Below, piece by piece: positions 1-9,695 of a stretch of 64,000 nucleotides of DNA (positions within the stretch are counted from its first letter, which is position 1; each line of letters starts with the position of its first letter). The notes beneath the pieces are model-generated. The model was not told the origin of the DNA. It did not search any database and saw nothing but the letters and a program-made list of their open reading frames with translations. This stretch comes from Candidatus Omnitrophota bacterium (GTDB lineage Bacteria; Omnitrophota; Gorgyraeia; JAHJTE01), in assembly GCA_040753675.1 (NCBI GenBank), contig JBFMEB010000002.1, positions 41,888 to 105,887 on the forward strand, in the 5' to 3' direction. A program made the position numbers and the translations under genes.

Positions 1-559
1 TACTGATGTAGGTTTAACCGTAGGAGTTTTGCCATTCGAAAAATTAAATTTAGAAGTAGGATTTGATCTTAATGAGCCCACAGACGACCCTCTATCGTTT
101 AATGCTAAATTTGGTACGCCTGAAAATGCATTATTTAAAGATTCGCCAGCATTAAATTTAGGTATTTTTAATGTTGGTACACAGGAGGATGTGACAGACT
201 ACAATATTGTAGATTTTATTGTGGGTAAAACCCTGTCAAAGAAATTAGGCAGGCTTCATGTTGGTGGATATGTGGGTTCTAATACCTTAAAAAATTCAGG
301 CGGACAAGTAAAGAATGAAGGTTTTATGTTGGGTTATGATTATGGGTTTTGTCCGGTCAAGGATGAAAAAGGCGAATTTAATAGATTTGTCCTGGCTGCT
401 GACTATGCCAGCGGCAAGAATGCCATAGGCGGTGGCGGAGTAGGTATGTATACCTATTTTACTCGCAATATTGATTTACTAATGGGGCCAGTTTGGTTTA
501 ATGACCAAGGCTTAAATGGGAACTGGAAGTGGACTGTGCAACTTGATATTAATTTTTAA
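1..559 (+). CDS. outer-membrane beta-barrel/porin-like protein, 5' partial at window edge
   Basis: ORF runs in frame from the window start. Gly/aromatic-rich alternating pattern and C-terminal ...DINF with terminal Phe typical of OMP beta-barrels. Sits upstream of amtB. Confidence 0.45.
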   Translation, partial: TDVGLTVGVLPFEKLNLEVGFDLNEPTDDPLSFNAKFGTPENALFKDSPALNLGIFNVGTQEDVTDYNIVDFIVGKTLSKKLGRLHVGGYVGSNTLKNSGGQVKNEGFMLGYDYGFCPVKDEKGEFNRFVLAADYASGKNAIGGGGVGMYTYFTRNIDLLMGPVWFNDQGLNGNWKWTVQLDINF

Positions 560-588
560 AAGAAAAATAGAAAGGAGGAGAAAATAAA

Positions 589-1914
589 ATGGATATGCAA
601 GTGGTGATGAATACGATTTGGGTTTTAGTTACTGCGAAGTTGGTCTTCTTTATGAATCTGGGCTTTGCTATGGTAGAATCTGGCTTTGCCCGTGTTAAAA
701 ACTGCGTAAACATACTATCTAAGAATTTTATTGTTTTTGCTGTCTCGTCTTTAGGGTTTCTCTTGTTGGGCTGGGGATTGATGTTTGGCGACGGAAGTCC
801 TTTTATTGGATTAAAAGGATTATGGTTTGCAAGTGGTCTAGATAACTCACCTGCGACTGGTAGCGCTTATCAGGGTGTTTATTCATCAATTGCCTGGACA
901 GCTGTGCCTTTCTGGGCAAAATTTTTCTTTCAGCTTGTCTTTTGTGGTACAGCTGCAACCATTGTTTCAGGCGCTGTTGCAGAGCGAATTAAATACAAAT
1001 CATTTATTCTATTTTCATTTATTATGACTATGTTTATCTATCCTATAGTTGGTCATTGGATTTGGGGTGGCGGATGGTTAGCGCAAAAAGGAATGTTTGA
1101 TTTTGCTGGTTCAACGGTGGTCCACTCTGTTGGTGGTTGGGCAGCTTTGGCTGGCGTATTGTTGCTTGGTCCAAGGTTTGGTAAATACAACAATGGTAAG
1201 ATTAATCCTATTCCAGGTCATAATCTTTCCTTAGCGACATTAGGAACGTTTGTATTATGGTTTGGATGGTTCGGTTTTAATCCTGGCTCAACGATGAGCG
1301 CAGATCCTATGGCAATAAGCCATATTGCTATCACTACCAATACTGCAGCTGCAGCAGCAATAATGAGCTCTACTATTATTTCTTGGATTATATTAGGTAA
1401 GCCAGATTTAGGCATGACGCTTAACGGTTGCCTTGCTGGCCTTGTTGCTATAACTGCGCCTTGTGCTTTTGTAAGTGTAGGTAGCTCTATAATTATCGGC
1501 TTGATTGCCGGTATATTAGTGGTGTTGGCAGTTATCTGTTTTGATAAAATAAAAGTTGATGACCCTGTTGGCGCTTTATCTGTACATTTAGTAAATGGTG
1601 TTTTCGGCACTCTGGCTGTTGGATTATTTGCCCAAGATAAACTGACTGGTACAGCCACTGGAAATGGGCTATTTTTTGGAGGTGGACTTAAGTTATTTAA
1701 TGCGCAGTTGATGGCTGTTATTAGCGTTGCCTTATTTACTTTTATTGTCTCACTTATTAGCTGGGCGATTTTAAAAGCAACTATGGGTATTAGAGTGAGT
1801 TTACAAGAAGAGATTGAAGGCTTGGATATTGGAGAACATGGAAATTCTGCCTATCCTGAATTTTTAGGCCGTAAACCAAGCTATTCCTTCTTAGGGATTA
1901 AGGCTGAAGAATAA
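589..1914 (+). CDS. amtB: ammonium transporter AmtB
   Basis: 441 aa, multi-TM. Amt/MEP signature GFAMVESGFARVKN and conserved twin His region. RBS GGAGG upstream. Confidence 0.95.
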   Translation: MDMQVVMNTIWVLVTAKLVFFMNLGFAMVESGFARVKNCVNILSKNFIVFAVSSLGFLLLGWGLMFGDGSPFIGLKGLWFASGLDNSPATGSAYQGVYSSIAWTAVPFWAKFFFQLVFCGTAATIVSGAVAERIKYKSFILFSFIMTMFIYPIVGHWIWGGGWLAQKGMFDFAGSTVVHSVGGWAALAGVLLLGPRFGKYNNGKINPIPGHNLSLATLGTFVLWFGWFGFNPGSTMSADPMAISHIAITTNTAAAAAIMSSTIISWIILGKPDLGMTLNGCLAGLVAITAPCAFVSVGSSIIIGLIAGILVVLAVICFDKIKVDDPVGALSVHLVNGVFGTLAVGLFAQDKLTGTATGNGLFFGGGLKLFNAQLMAVISVALFTFIVSLISWAILKATMGIRVSLQEEIEGLDIGEHGNSAYPEFLGRKPSYSFLGIKAEE

Positions 1915-1956
1915 TTAAATTTTTAGCTCGAGATAATCTATAATTGGAGGTTAAAT

Positions 1957-2295
1957 ATGAAGAAGATTGAAGTGATTATTCGTCCTGAAAAACAAGAGGC
2001 AGTACGGCTTGCTTTAGAAAAAGCAGGATGTTCTGGCCTGATGATTAGCGAGATAGAAGGACATGGCAAACAAAAGGGAGTTGTTCAGCAGTGGCGAGGT
2101 GAGAAGTATAAATTGGAACTCTTGCCAAAGATAAAGATAGAGACTGTGGTTAAAGATTCAGAGGTTGAACGTGTTAGTAAGGTTGTCCTTGAGAGTGCCA
2201 AAACTGGAGAAATAGGGGATGGTAAGATTTTTATCTCGAACATTGAAAATGCAATTAGAATAAGGACTGGCGAGAAAGGAGACACTGCACTTTAA
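1957..2295 (+). CDS. glnK: nitrogen regulatory protein P-II (GlnK/GlnB)
   Basis: 112 aa, MKKIEVIIRPEK...GHGKQKG with T-loop and C-terminal GDGKIF motif. Immediately downstream of amtB. Confidence 0.95.
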   Translation: MKKIEVIIRPEKQEAVRLALEKAGCSGLMISEIEGHGKQKGVVQQWRGEKYKLELLPKIKIETVVKDSEVERVSKVVLESAKTGEIGDGKIFISNIENAIRIRTGEKGDTAL

Positions 2296-2406
2296 AAAAA
2301 TTAGGTTACCAAAACAGGTCAAATTTTACTTAATATATAGTAAGAACAGAGAGCATATAATTTAGGCACATTGTGGTGCTGGCATAAGCAAAATTAGAAG
2401 AACAGA

Positions 2407-2437
2407 GGCGTTCGAGAGAACGCCTTTTTGTTTTTTT
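2407..2437 (+). terminator. rho-independent terminator/attenuator between glnK and glnA
   Basis: GGCGTTC-GAGA-GAACGCC hairpin followed by TTTTTGTTTTTTT. Confidence 0.5.
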
Positions 2438-2471
2438 AGATAAGCAAATCAAATATAGGAGGGAGTTTGAA

Positions 2472-3977
2472 ATGCCAAAAAAAACAAAGCAACTAAAAGA
2501 AGTAAAAACAAAAAATCCGCTCATAAACGGTTCTTGCGATGAGAGAGCAGCCAGAGAAGTGACGAAGCTGATTAAAGATAACAATATCCAAATTGTGGAT
2601 TTGAAATTTAATGACCTGCCTGGATTATGGCAGCACTTTTCTATTCCTGCTACTGAATTATCCGAAATGGATGATATCACTCGCTCTATCTGGGTTGATG
2701 GTATAGGTTTCGACGGTTCTTCCATCCGCGGTTTTCAGAAAATCCAGGAATCAGACATGATTTTAATCCCTGATCCAGCAACAGCAATTATTGACCCTGT
2801 CTGCGAAGTGCCTACATTAAGTATTATCTGCGATATTTACGATCCTTTGACTCGTAAGCCTTATACTCGCGACCCGCGTTATATTGCAAAAAAGGCAGAA
2901 AAATACCTTAAAGATAGCGGCATTGCTGATGCGGTTTACTTTGGGCCTGAGGCAGAGTTTTTTATCTTTAACAGCGTGCGTTTTGACCAGACTGAAAACG
3001 CAGGTTATTACTATATTGATTCGCAGGAAGCAGATTGGAATACGGGAAGAGACGAGAATCCTAACTTGGGATATAAGATTCGTTTTAAAGAGGGGTATTT
3101 TCCTGTTCCGCCGCATGATTCTATTCAGGATTTAAGAAGCAGGATAATCTTGAAAATGAAAGAATCAGGCATTAATGTTGAAGTCCACCATCATGAGGTT
3201 GCTACTGCCGGCCAGTGCGAGATTGATATGAAATTCGATAAACTGACCAAGATGGGTGATAACCTGTTGCTTTACAAATATATTATTAAGAATATGGCAA
3301 GAAAGGCAGGCATGGTTGCCACATTTATGCCTAAGCCGCTTTTTGCAGATAATGGTTCTGGCATGCACTGCCATCAGAGTCTATGGAAGAACGGCGTAAA
3401 CCTGTTTTATGATAAAAAGGGTTATGCTTTGCTTTCGCAGACTGCTAAATATTACATTGGAGGCCTGTTAAAGCATGCCAATAGTTTAATGGCATTCTGT
3501 GCACCGACGACAAATTCCTACAAGAGATTAGTGCCGGGTTATGAGGCGCCGGTAAATTTAGTTTATTCTGCAAGGAATAGGTCCGCAGCAGTAAGAATTC
3601 CTATGTATACGGATAACCCCAAATCAAAGAGAATTGAATTCCGTCCTCCTGATCCTGCCTGTAACGGATACTTAGCTTTCAGCGCTATGCTTATGGCAGG
3701 CCTTGATGGCATACAGCATAAAATTGATCCAGGCGAACCTCTGGATGTTGACCTTTTTGAATTGAGCGAAGAAGAGATGGCTAAGATAGCCACGGTTCCT
3801 TCTTCTTTACGACGGGCAGTAGACGCCCTGGAAACTGACCATGATTATCTTTTAAAAGGCGGAGTATTTACCAAAGATGTTATTGATATCTGGCTTGAGT
3901 ATAAGCGCAAAAAAGAGATAGACCCGGTTAGGATGCGTCCTAATCCGTACGAGTTCTATCTGTACTTCGATATTTAA
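2472..3977 (+). CDS. glnA: glutamine synthetase type I
   Basis: 501 aa. GS beta-grasp and catalytic domain pattern (e.g. ...[10 protein letters not shown], ...[11 protein letters not shown], adenylylation-region-like [10 protein letters not shown]). Confidence 0.9.
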   Translation: MPKKTKQLKEVKTKNPLINGSCDERAAREVTKLIKDNNIQIVDLKFNDLPGLWQHFSIPATELSEMDDITRSIWVDGIGFDGSSIRGFQKIQESDMILIPDPATAIIDPVCEVPTLSIICDIYDPLTRKPYTRDPRYIAKKAEKYLKDSGIADAVYFGPEAEFFIFNSVRFDQTENAGYYYIDSQEADWNTGRDENPNLGYKIRFKEGYFPVPPHDSIQDLRSRIILKMKESGINVEVHHHEVATAGQCEIDMKFDKLTKMGDNLLLYKYIIKNMARKAGMVATFMPKPLFADNGSGMHCHQSLWKNGVNLFYDKKGYALLSQTAKYYIGGLLKHANSLMAFCAPTTNSYKRLVPGYEAPVNLVYSARNRSAAVRIPMYTDNPKSKRIEFRPPDPACNGYLAFSAMLMAGLDGIQHKIDPGEPLDVDLFELSEEEMAKIATVPSSLRRAVDALETDHDYLLKGGVFTKDVIDIWLEYKRKKEIDPVRMRPNPYEFYLYFDI

Positions 3978-4035
3978 TGCACAGATGATCACTGATAAAT
4001 AAACAGATGATCACAGATCTTTATCTGCGATTAAA

Positions 4036-4728
4036 ATGATTTTAATCATCAAGCATATTGAAATAGAGGGGCCAGGCAGTATTGAGGAGTTTTTCCGAAA
4101 TACTAACTGGCGTCTTCAGACTGTTAACTTGGCTCAAGGAGAAAGATTGCCTAATAGCTTTAAAGATATAGAAGCAATAATAACTTTAGGCGGCCCAATG
4201 AATGTTTATGAGGAAGATAAATATCCGTTTTTAAAAGATGAGAATGAATTTTTAAAAAATGCAATTAAAGAACAAGTACCTATCCTAGGAATATGTTTAG
4301 GGGCGCAGCTTTTAGCTAAGGCAGGTGGAGCAAAAGTAAGAAAAGCAGCAAAAGAAGAAATAGGCTGGTATAAAATTAATCTTACAAAAGACGGGTTAAA
4401 AGATAATTTATTTTCAGGACTTAAAGAAAAAATTGACGTATTTCAATGGCATGAAGATACATTTGATATACCAAAACAAGGTGTTTTGTTAGCGAACTCA
4501 GAAACTTGTAAGAATCAGGCTTTTCGCCTGGGGTCTAATGCCTATGGACTACAATTCCATTTTGAGGTAACGGCTGATATGATTGAAGATTGGACTAAAG
4601 AATATAAAAGAAATGGCGAATTTAAAGGAAAGGCATTGGAGATGATTACGTTATACAATAAACTCAAAACGGATTTCGAGTATCAGGCCAATTTAATAAG
4701 CTTAAATTTTAGTAGATTTATAAAATAA
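4036..4728 (+). CDS. class I glutamine amidotransferase (GATase1) family protein
   Basis: 230 aa. Catalytic Cys in ILGICLGAQLL and His in LQFHFE (HPE-like) motif. Confidence 0.75.
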   Translation: MILIIKHIEIEGPGSIEEFFRNTNWRLQTVNLAQGERLPNSFKDIEAIITLGGPMNVYEEDKYPFLKDENEFLKNAIKEQVPILGICLGAQLLAKAGGAKVRKAAKEEIGWYKINLTKDGLKDNLFSGLKEKIDVFQWHEDTFDIPKQGVLLANSETCKNQAFRLGSNAYGLQFHFEVTADMIEDWTKEYKRNGEFKGKALEMITLYNKLKTDFEYQANLISLNFSRFIK

Positions 4729-4780
4729 AATGATGAGTTTTTTTATTTAACCGTGCCCAAAATTTAGGCAGAGGTGAGAG

Positions 4781-5014
4781 ATGGAAGAAAAAGATAATAT
4801 TCACGTAAGTAATGAATGTATTTTTCTTAGCCAGAGGGGACGAGTTTACAGAGAAAGGGTTGAGCAGTTAGAAAAGCAATTAATTGAAAATGCATTGGAA
4901 CATTCTAACGGCAATCAATTATTAGCAGCAAAGATATTAGGGCTTAATCGTAATACGCTGCGCACGAAAATAAAAAAATTAAATATTAATGTAGGCGAAT
5001 TCAAGAGATTATGA
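4781..5014 (+). CDS. Fis/NtrC-C-terminal-type HTH DNA-binding mini-protein
   Basis: 77 aa. C-terminal HTH_8 motif NGNQLLAAKILGLNRNTLRTKIKKL. Stop overlaps the gltB start codon (ATGA), suggesting translational coupling. Confidence 0.5.
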   Translation: MEEKDNIHVSNECIFLSQRGRVYRERVEQLEKQLIENALEHSNGNQLLAAKILGLNRNTLRTKIKKLNINVGEFKRL

Positions 5015-8000
5015 GCAATTATCATTTTCCTAAAAAACAAGGGCTTTATGACCCTATCTTCGAGCATGATAGCTGCGGGGTTGGTTTTGTCTGCGATATC
5101 AAAGGTAGAAAATCCAATGATATTATCAGAAAAGGAATCGAAGTATTAGAGGCACTAAGCCATAGGGGAGCAGTGGGCGCAGACCCCCAGACTGGAGACG
5201 GAGCAGGTGTTTTAATTCAGATTCCGCATGAGTTCTTTTTAAAAGCCTGCAGCGATTCTAAGATTGATTTGCCAAATGCTGGCTCATATGCAACTGGGCT
5301 GGTTTTTTTGCCGACAGATTCAGGGGAACGGCAATTCTGTAAAAATGTTTTTTTAAAAATTATAAAAGAAGAAGGGCAAAATCTGCTTGGTTGGCGCAAA
5401 GTTCCAGTTAATGACTCTTGTATAGGAAAAACTGCCAAAGAAACCCAGCCCATTATCGAACAAGTGTTTATTTCCTTTGCTACTAAAAGTAACATGACAG
5501 AAGAGAATATCCTGGCTTTTGAGCGCAGCCTCTATTGTATTAGAAAACAGATAGAAAATATAATCCGCAATTCTCATTTAAAACAAAAATCTCAATTTTA
5601 TATTACTAATCTTTCCACCCGCACATTTTCTTACAAGGGCTTATTAAAGCCAGAACAGTTGGATAATTTTTTTATCGACCTAAAAGAGCCAAGTATCCAA
5701 AGTTCAATAGCGCTTGTCCATTCTCGCTATAGCACTAATACTTTCCCTACGTGGGATTTAGCTCAGCCATTTCGTTTTCTGGCGCATAATGGAGAAATTA
5801 ATACGCTCCGGGGTAATATAAGCTGGATGAGGGCTAAGGAAAGTCTTTTAAAAAGCAACTTGTTTGGGAAAACAATAGAAAAACTTAAGCCAATAATTAC
5901 CCCTGGCGGAAGCGATTCTGCCAGCTTAGACAATGTATTTGAATTGTTAGTTCTTTCAGGCAGGTCTTTGGCTCATGCGATGATGATGCTTATCCCCTCG
6001 GCCTGGGAACAGAATAATTTTTTAGACGATGAGTTAAGATATTTTTATGAATTCCATGCCTGTTTGATGGAGCCGTGGGATGGTCCGGCGAGCATTGCTT
6101 TTACAGATGGCGTGCGTGTCGGCGCAGTCTTGGATAGAAACGGCCTGAGGCCAGCGCGCTATATTCTGACTAAAGATGATCTTGCGGTAATGGCTTCTGA
6201 AGTTGGGGTGCTTGATATAAAACCGCAGGACATTGCTTATTCCGGAAGGCTTGAGCCGGGAAAGATTTTGTTTGTTGATACTCAACAAGGCCGTATCATT
6301 GAAGATGCCAAACTTAAGGAAAACATCTCTAAGAGAAAACCATATAAAAAATGGATTAAGGAAAATCTGATAGATATTGAGAATTTGCCTGTTGCTAAAG
6401 GAAAAGAAAAGAAGGTAGAGGATATTCTTATTGCTATGAAGGCTTTTGGCTATACAAGAGAAGACTTAAAAGTAATTGTAAAACCTATGGCCGAGAACGG
6501 ATATGAGCCAACCGGCTCTATGGGGAATGATACTCCACATGCCTTGCTTTCACAAAAGCCCAGGATGCTTTACGATTATTTTAAACAGCTTTTTGCTCAG
6601 GTCACCAACCCTGCTATTGATCCAATTCGTGAAGAATTAGTAATGAGTCTGGATTGCTTTATGGGCAGCCATAAAAACCTTCTGGAAGAAACAGCCGGCC
6701 ATTGTCGCAAAATTCACCTTAAAAATCCGATATTGACAAACGAGGAATTAGAAAAACTGCGCCATATTAATCAACCCGGATTTAGAACAAAGACTATTTC
6801 TATTCTGTTTAAAGTGCAAGCTAAAAATGGTCTTAAAGGTGCTCTTTCAAGAATCTGCCGTCAGGCTGAAGCAGCAATCAAAAAAGGTTACAACCTTATT
6901 ATCCTTAGCGACCGTCTGGTTAATAAAGACTATGCTGCTATTCCTGCGCTTTTGGCAATAGGAGCAGTGCATCAATATCTGGTAAAGAAAAGAAATCGTT
7001 CCAAGGTCGCTTTGATTCTAGAGAGTGCTGAACCAAGGGAGGTGCATCATTTTGCACTTCTTTTCGGTTACGGTGCCGGCTGTGTTAATCCTTACCTGGC
7101 GTTTGAAACTATTGAATATCTTTGGAAAAATGGAGAACTTAAACTGGGAAGAAATAAGTCAAAGGACAACTATATCAAAGCCATTAATAAAGGAATTTTA
7201 AAGATTCTCTCGAAAATGGGTATTTCCACATTACAGAGTTACCGCGGAGCACAGATTTTCGAGGCATTAGGAATACACTCTTCTGTAATTGAGCAATGTT
7301 TTGCTGCTACCACCAGCAGAATAGGAGGCGTAACCTTAGAGGTAATTGAGCAAGAGATTATAATTCGGCACAAGCAGGCATATAGCCAATATGGCAGTGA
7401 ATCGGTGCTTTCTAGCGGCGGAAAATATCAATGGAAGAGAGACGGCGAGTTTCATCTGTGGAATCCTGAAACAATCGCATCTTTGCAAGATTCAACCAGG
7501 GAAAATAATTATAATAAGTTCAAAGAATTCAGCCAACTTATAGATGACCAGTCAAAAAATCCGACTACTCTACGCAGTCTATTTAAGTTTTCCGCCACAA
7601 ATCGTGGCGGATCCGCCTCCGGCGGAAAGAGAATAGTTCCAATACCCCTTGAGGAGGTTGAGCCGGTTGAGCATATATTTAGGCGTTTTGCTACAGGAGC
7701 AATGAGTTTTGGTTCGATTAGCCGTGCAACACATGAGACATTAGCCATAGCGATGAATAGATTAAGAGGCCGTTCCAATACCGGCGAAGGAGGAGAAGAT
7801 CCACTGCGGTTTACGCCACTGCCCAATGGCGATTCTACCTGTAGTGCAATAAAACAAGTAGCTTCAGGCAGGTTCGGAGTAACAACTAATTATCTGATTA
7901 ATGCCGAAGAGATACAGATAAAGATTGCGCAGGGCGCCAAGCCAGGCGAAGGGGGCCAGCTCCCTGGACATAAGGTCAGCGCAATAATAGCGCGGACGCG

Positions 8001-9585
8001 CTATACCACTGCTGGCGTAACTTTGATATCTCCACCTCCACATCATGATATTTACTCTATTGAAGATTTGGCACAGTTGATTTTTGATTTAAAGAACGTG
8101 AATCCGCAGGCACGCATAAGCGTAAAATTAGTTTCTGAAATAGGCGTTGGGACTATTGCTGCAGGTGTAGCAAAAGGCCATGCTGATATGATATTGATTT
8201 CAGGAGGTGACGGCGGAACCGGCGCTTCTCCGATAAGTTCTATTATGCATGCAGGCCTGCCTTGGGAATTAGGTTTGTCAGAGACTCATCAGACATTGGT
8301 GCTGAATAATTTAAGAAGCAGGGTACGGCTTCAGACAGATGGCCAGATGAGGACAGCCAGAGACGTTGCCATTGCTGCAATTCTCGGAGCTGAAGAATAT
8401 GGTTTCTGCACAGCGGCTTTAATTGTATTAGGATGCGTGATGTTGCGGCATTGCCACCTTAATAATTGTTCTGTAGGTATTGCAACGCAGGATGAGGTTT
8501 TAGAGGAAAGGTTCGCTGGCAGAGTTGAATACGTGATTAATTATTTTAATTTTGTTGCCAGCCACCTTCGCGAAATTATGGCGAACTTGGGAGTAAGGAC
8601 TATAGACGAATTGATTGGCAGGACTGATCTTTTAGAACTTAATAGAGAGATACTCCCCTGGAAAGCGGGAAAAATTGATTATTCAAACATATTATTTAAA
8701 CCGAAAGTTCCTAAAAGCGTAGGTGTTTATTGCAAGGTTAAACAGGATCATAATATCGAGCATATTTTGGATAGAAAATTAATTTCACTTTCAAAGGCTG
8801 CGTTAGAAAGAAGAGAAACAGTGAGATTAGACTTTCGTATTACAAATTTGGATAGAACTACCGGAGCAATGTTAAGTGGAGAGGTTTGTAAGACTTTTGG
8901 CGAAGAAGGATTACCGCAAGATACTATTAATTGTAAATTCAGAGGTGTTGCTGGCCAGAGTTTTGGAGCATTTTTAGCAAAAGGCATAACTTTCCAACTT
9001 GAGGGTTTAGCCAATGATTATGTAGGAAAAGGAATTTCAGGTGGTAAAATTATTATTTATCCATACGAGACCAGTACGTATATCCCAGAAGAAAATATTA
9101 TTATAGGCAATACTTGTTTTTACGGCGCAATTTGTGGAGAAGCTTATATTAGAGGAATTGCCGGGGAAAGATTTTGCATAAGAAATTCTGGGCTATTGGT
9201 TGTGGTAGAAGGAGTGGGAGACCATGGCTGTGAGTATATGACTAGTGGGAGAGTTGTAATTTTAGGTAAGACTGGCCGCAATTTTGCTGCCGGCATGTCT
9301 GGCGGCATTGCCTATTGTTTTGACGAAGATGAAAATTTTAGAGAAAAGTGCAATATGGATATGGTAGAACTTATGCAGTTGGATAGCGATGATGAAAAAT
9401 TTATTTATAATTTAGTCTATAATCATCACAAATATACACAAAGTAATAAGGCGAAAGATATTCTTGATAATTTTAAACAACAAAAAGAAAAATTTATTAA
9501 AGTTATGCCCAAGGGATATAAGAGAATTTTAGCGGGTAAGCAAGTAGAAGAGAAATTAGGCTTGGCAGAGGTGCTAGATGGCTGA
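5011..9585 (+). CDS. gltB: glutamate synthase large subunit
   Basis: 1524 aa. Ntn-amidotransferase start M-SNY..CGVGF, FMN/Fe-S central domain, C-terminal GXGXG domain (GGIAYCFDED). Confidence 0.95.
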   Translation: MSNYHFPKKQGLYDPIFEHDSCGVGFVCDIKGRKSNDIIRKGIEVLEALSHRGAVGADPQTGDGAGVLIQIPHEFFLKACSDSKIDLPNAGSYATGLVFLPTDSGERQFCKNVFLKIIKEEGQNLLGWRKVPVNDSCIGKTAKETQPIIEQVFISFATKSNMTEENILAFERSLYCIRKQIENIIRNSHLKQKSQFYITNLSTRTFSYKGLLKPEQLDNFFIDLKEPSIQSSIALVHSRYSTNTFPTWDLAQPFRFLAHNGEINTLRGNISWMRAKESLLKSNLFGKTIEKLKPIITPGGSDSASLDNVFELLVLSGRSLAHAMMMLIPSAWEQNNFLDDELRYFYEFHACLMEPWDGPASIAFTDGVRVGAVLDRNGLRPARYILTKDDLAVMASEVGVLDIKPQDIAYSGRLEPGKILFVDTQQGRIIEDAKLKENISKRKPYKKWIKENLIDIENLPVAKGKEKKVEDILIAMKAFGYTREDLKVIVKPMAENGYEPTGSMGNDTPHALLSQKPRMLYDYFKQLFAQVTNPAIDPIREELVMSLDCFMGSHKNLLEETAGHCRKIHLKNPILTNEELEKLRHINQPGFRTKTISILFKVQAKNGLKGALSRICRQAEAAIKKGYNLIILSDRLVNKDYAAIPALLAIGAVHQYLVKKRNRSKVALILESAEPREVHHFALLFGYGAGCVNPYLAFETIEYLWKNGELKLGRNKSKDNYIKAINKGILKILSKMGISTLQSYRGAQIFEALGIHSSVIEQCFAATTSRIGGVTLEVIEQEIIIRHKQAYSQYGSESVLSSGGKYQWKRDGEFHLWNPETIASLQDSTRENNYNKFKEFSQLIDDQSKNPTTLRSLFKFSATNRGGSASGGKRIVPIPLEEVEPVEHIFRRFATGAMSFGSISRATHETLAIAMNRLRGRSNTGEGGEDPLRFTPLPNGDSTCSAIKQVASGRFGVTTNYLINAEEIQIKIAQGAKPGEGGQLPGHKVSAIIARTRYTTAGVTLISPPPHHDIYSIEDLAQLIFDLKNVNPQARISVKLVSEIGVGTIAAGVAKGHADMILISGGDGGTGASPISSIMHAGLPWELGLSETHQTLVLNNLRSRVRLQTDGQMRTARDVAIAAILGAEEYGFCTAALIVLGCVMLRHCHLNNCSVGIATQDEVLEERFAGRVEYVINYFNFVASHLREIMANLGVRTIDELIGRTDLLELNREILPWKAGKIDYSNILFKPKVPKSVGVYCKVKQDHNIEHILDRKLISLSKAALERRETVRLDFRITNLDRTTGAMLSGEVCKTFGEEGLPQDTINCKFRGVAGQSFGAFLAKGITFQLEGLANDYVGKGISGGKIIIYPYETSTYIPEENIIIGNTCFYGAICGEAYIRGIAGERFCIRNSGLLVVVEGVGDHGCEYMTSGRVVILGKTGRNFAAGMSGGIAYCFDEDENFREKCNMDMVELMQLDSDDEKFIYNLVYNHHKYTQSNKAKDILDNFKQQKEKFIKVMPKGYKRILAGKQVEEKLGLAEVLDG

Positions 9586-9695
9586 AAGCACAGATGGGCA
9601 CAGATTTAGAAGTGACAGATTAGCACAGATAAAATTATCTGTGATCATCTGTTCATTTATCTGTGATCATCTGCGTATTCGCCGGAGGCGAAAAG

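Noticed and set aside
1218-1658. 146-aa minus-strand ORF inside amtB
   Set aside because: Antisense to a strongly supported transporter gene. Hydrophobic mirror-image composition typical of spurious antisense ORFs.
2330-2725. 131-aa minus ORF spanning the glnK-glnA intergenic region and glnA start
   Set aside because: It overlaps a terminator hairpin and the glnA 5' end. No RBS or domain. Likely spurious.
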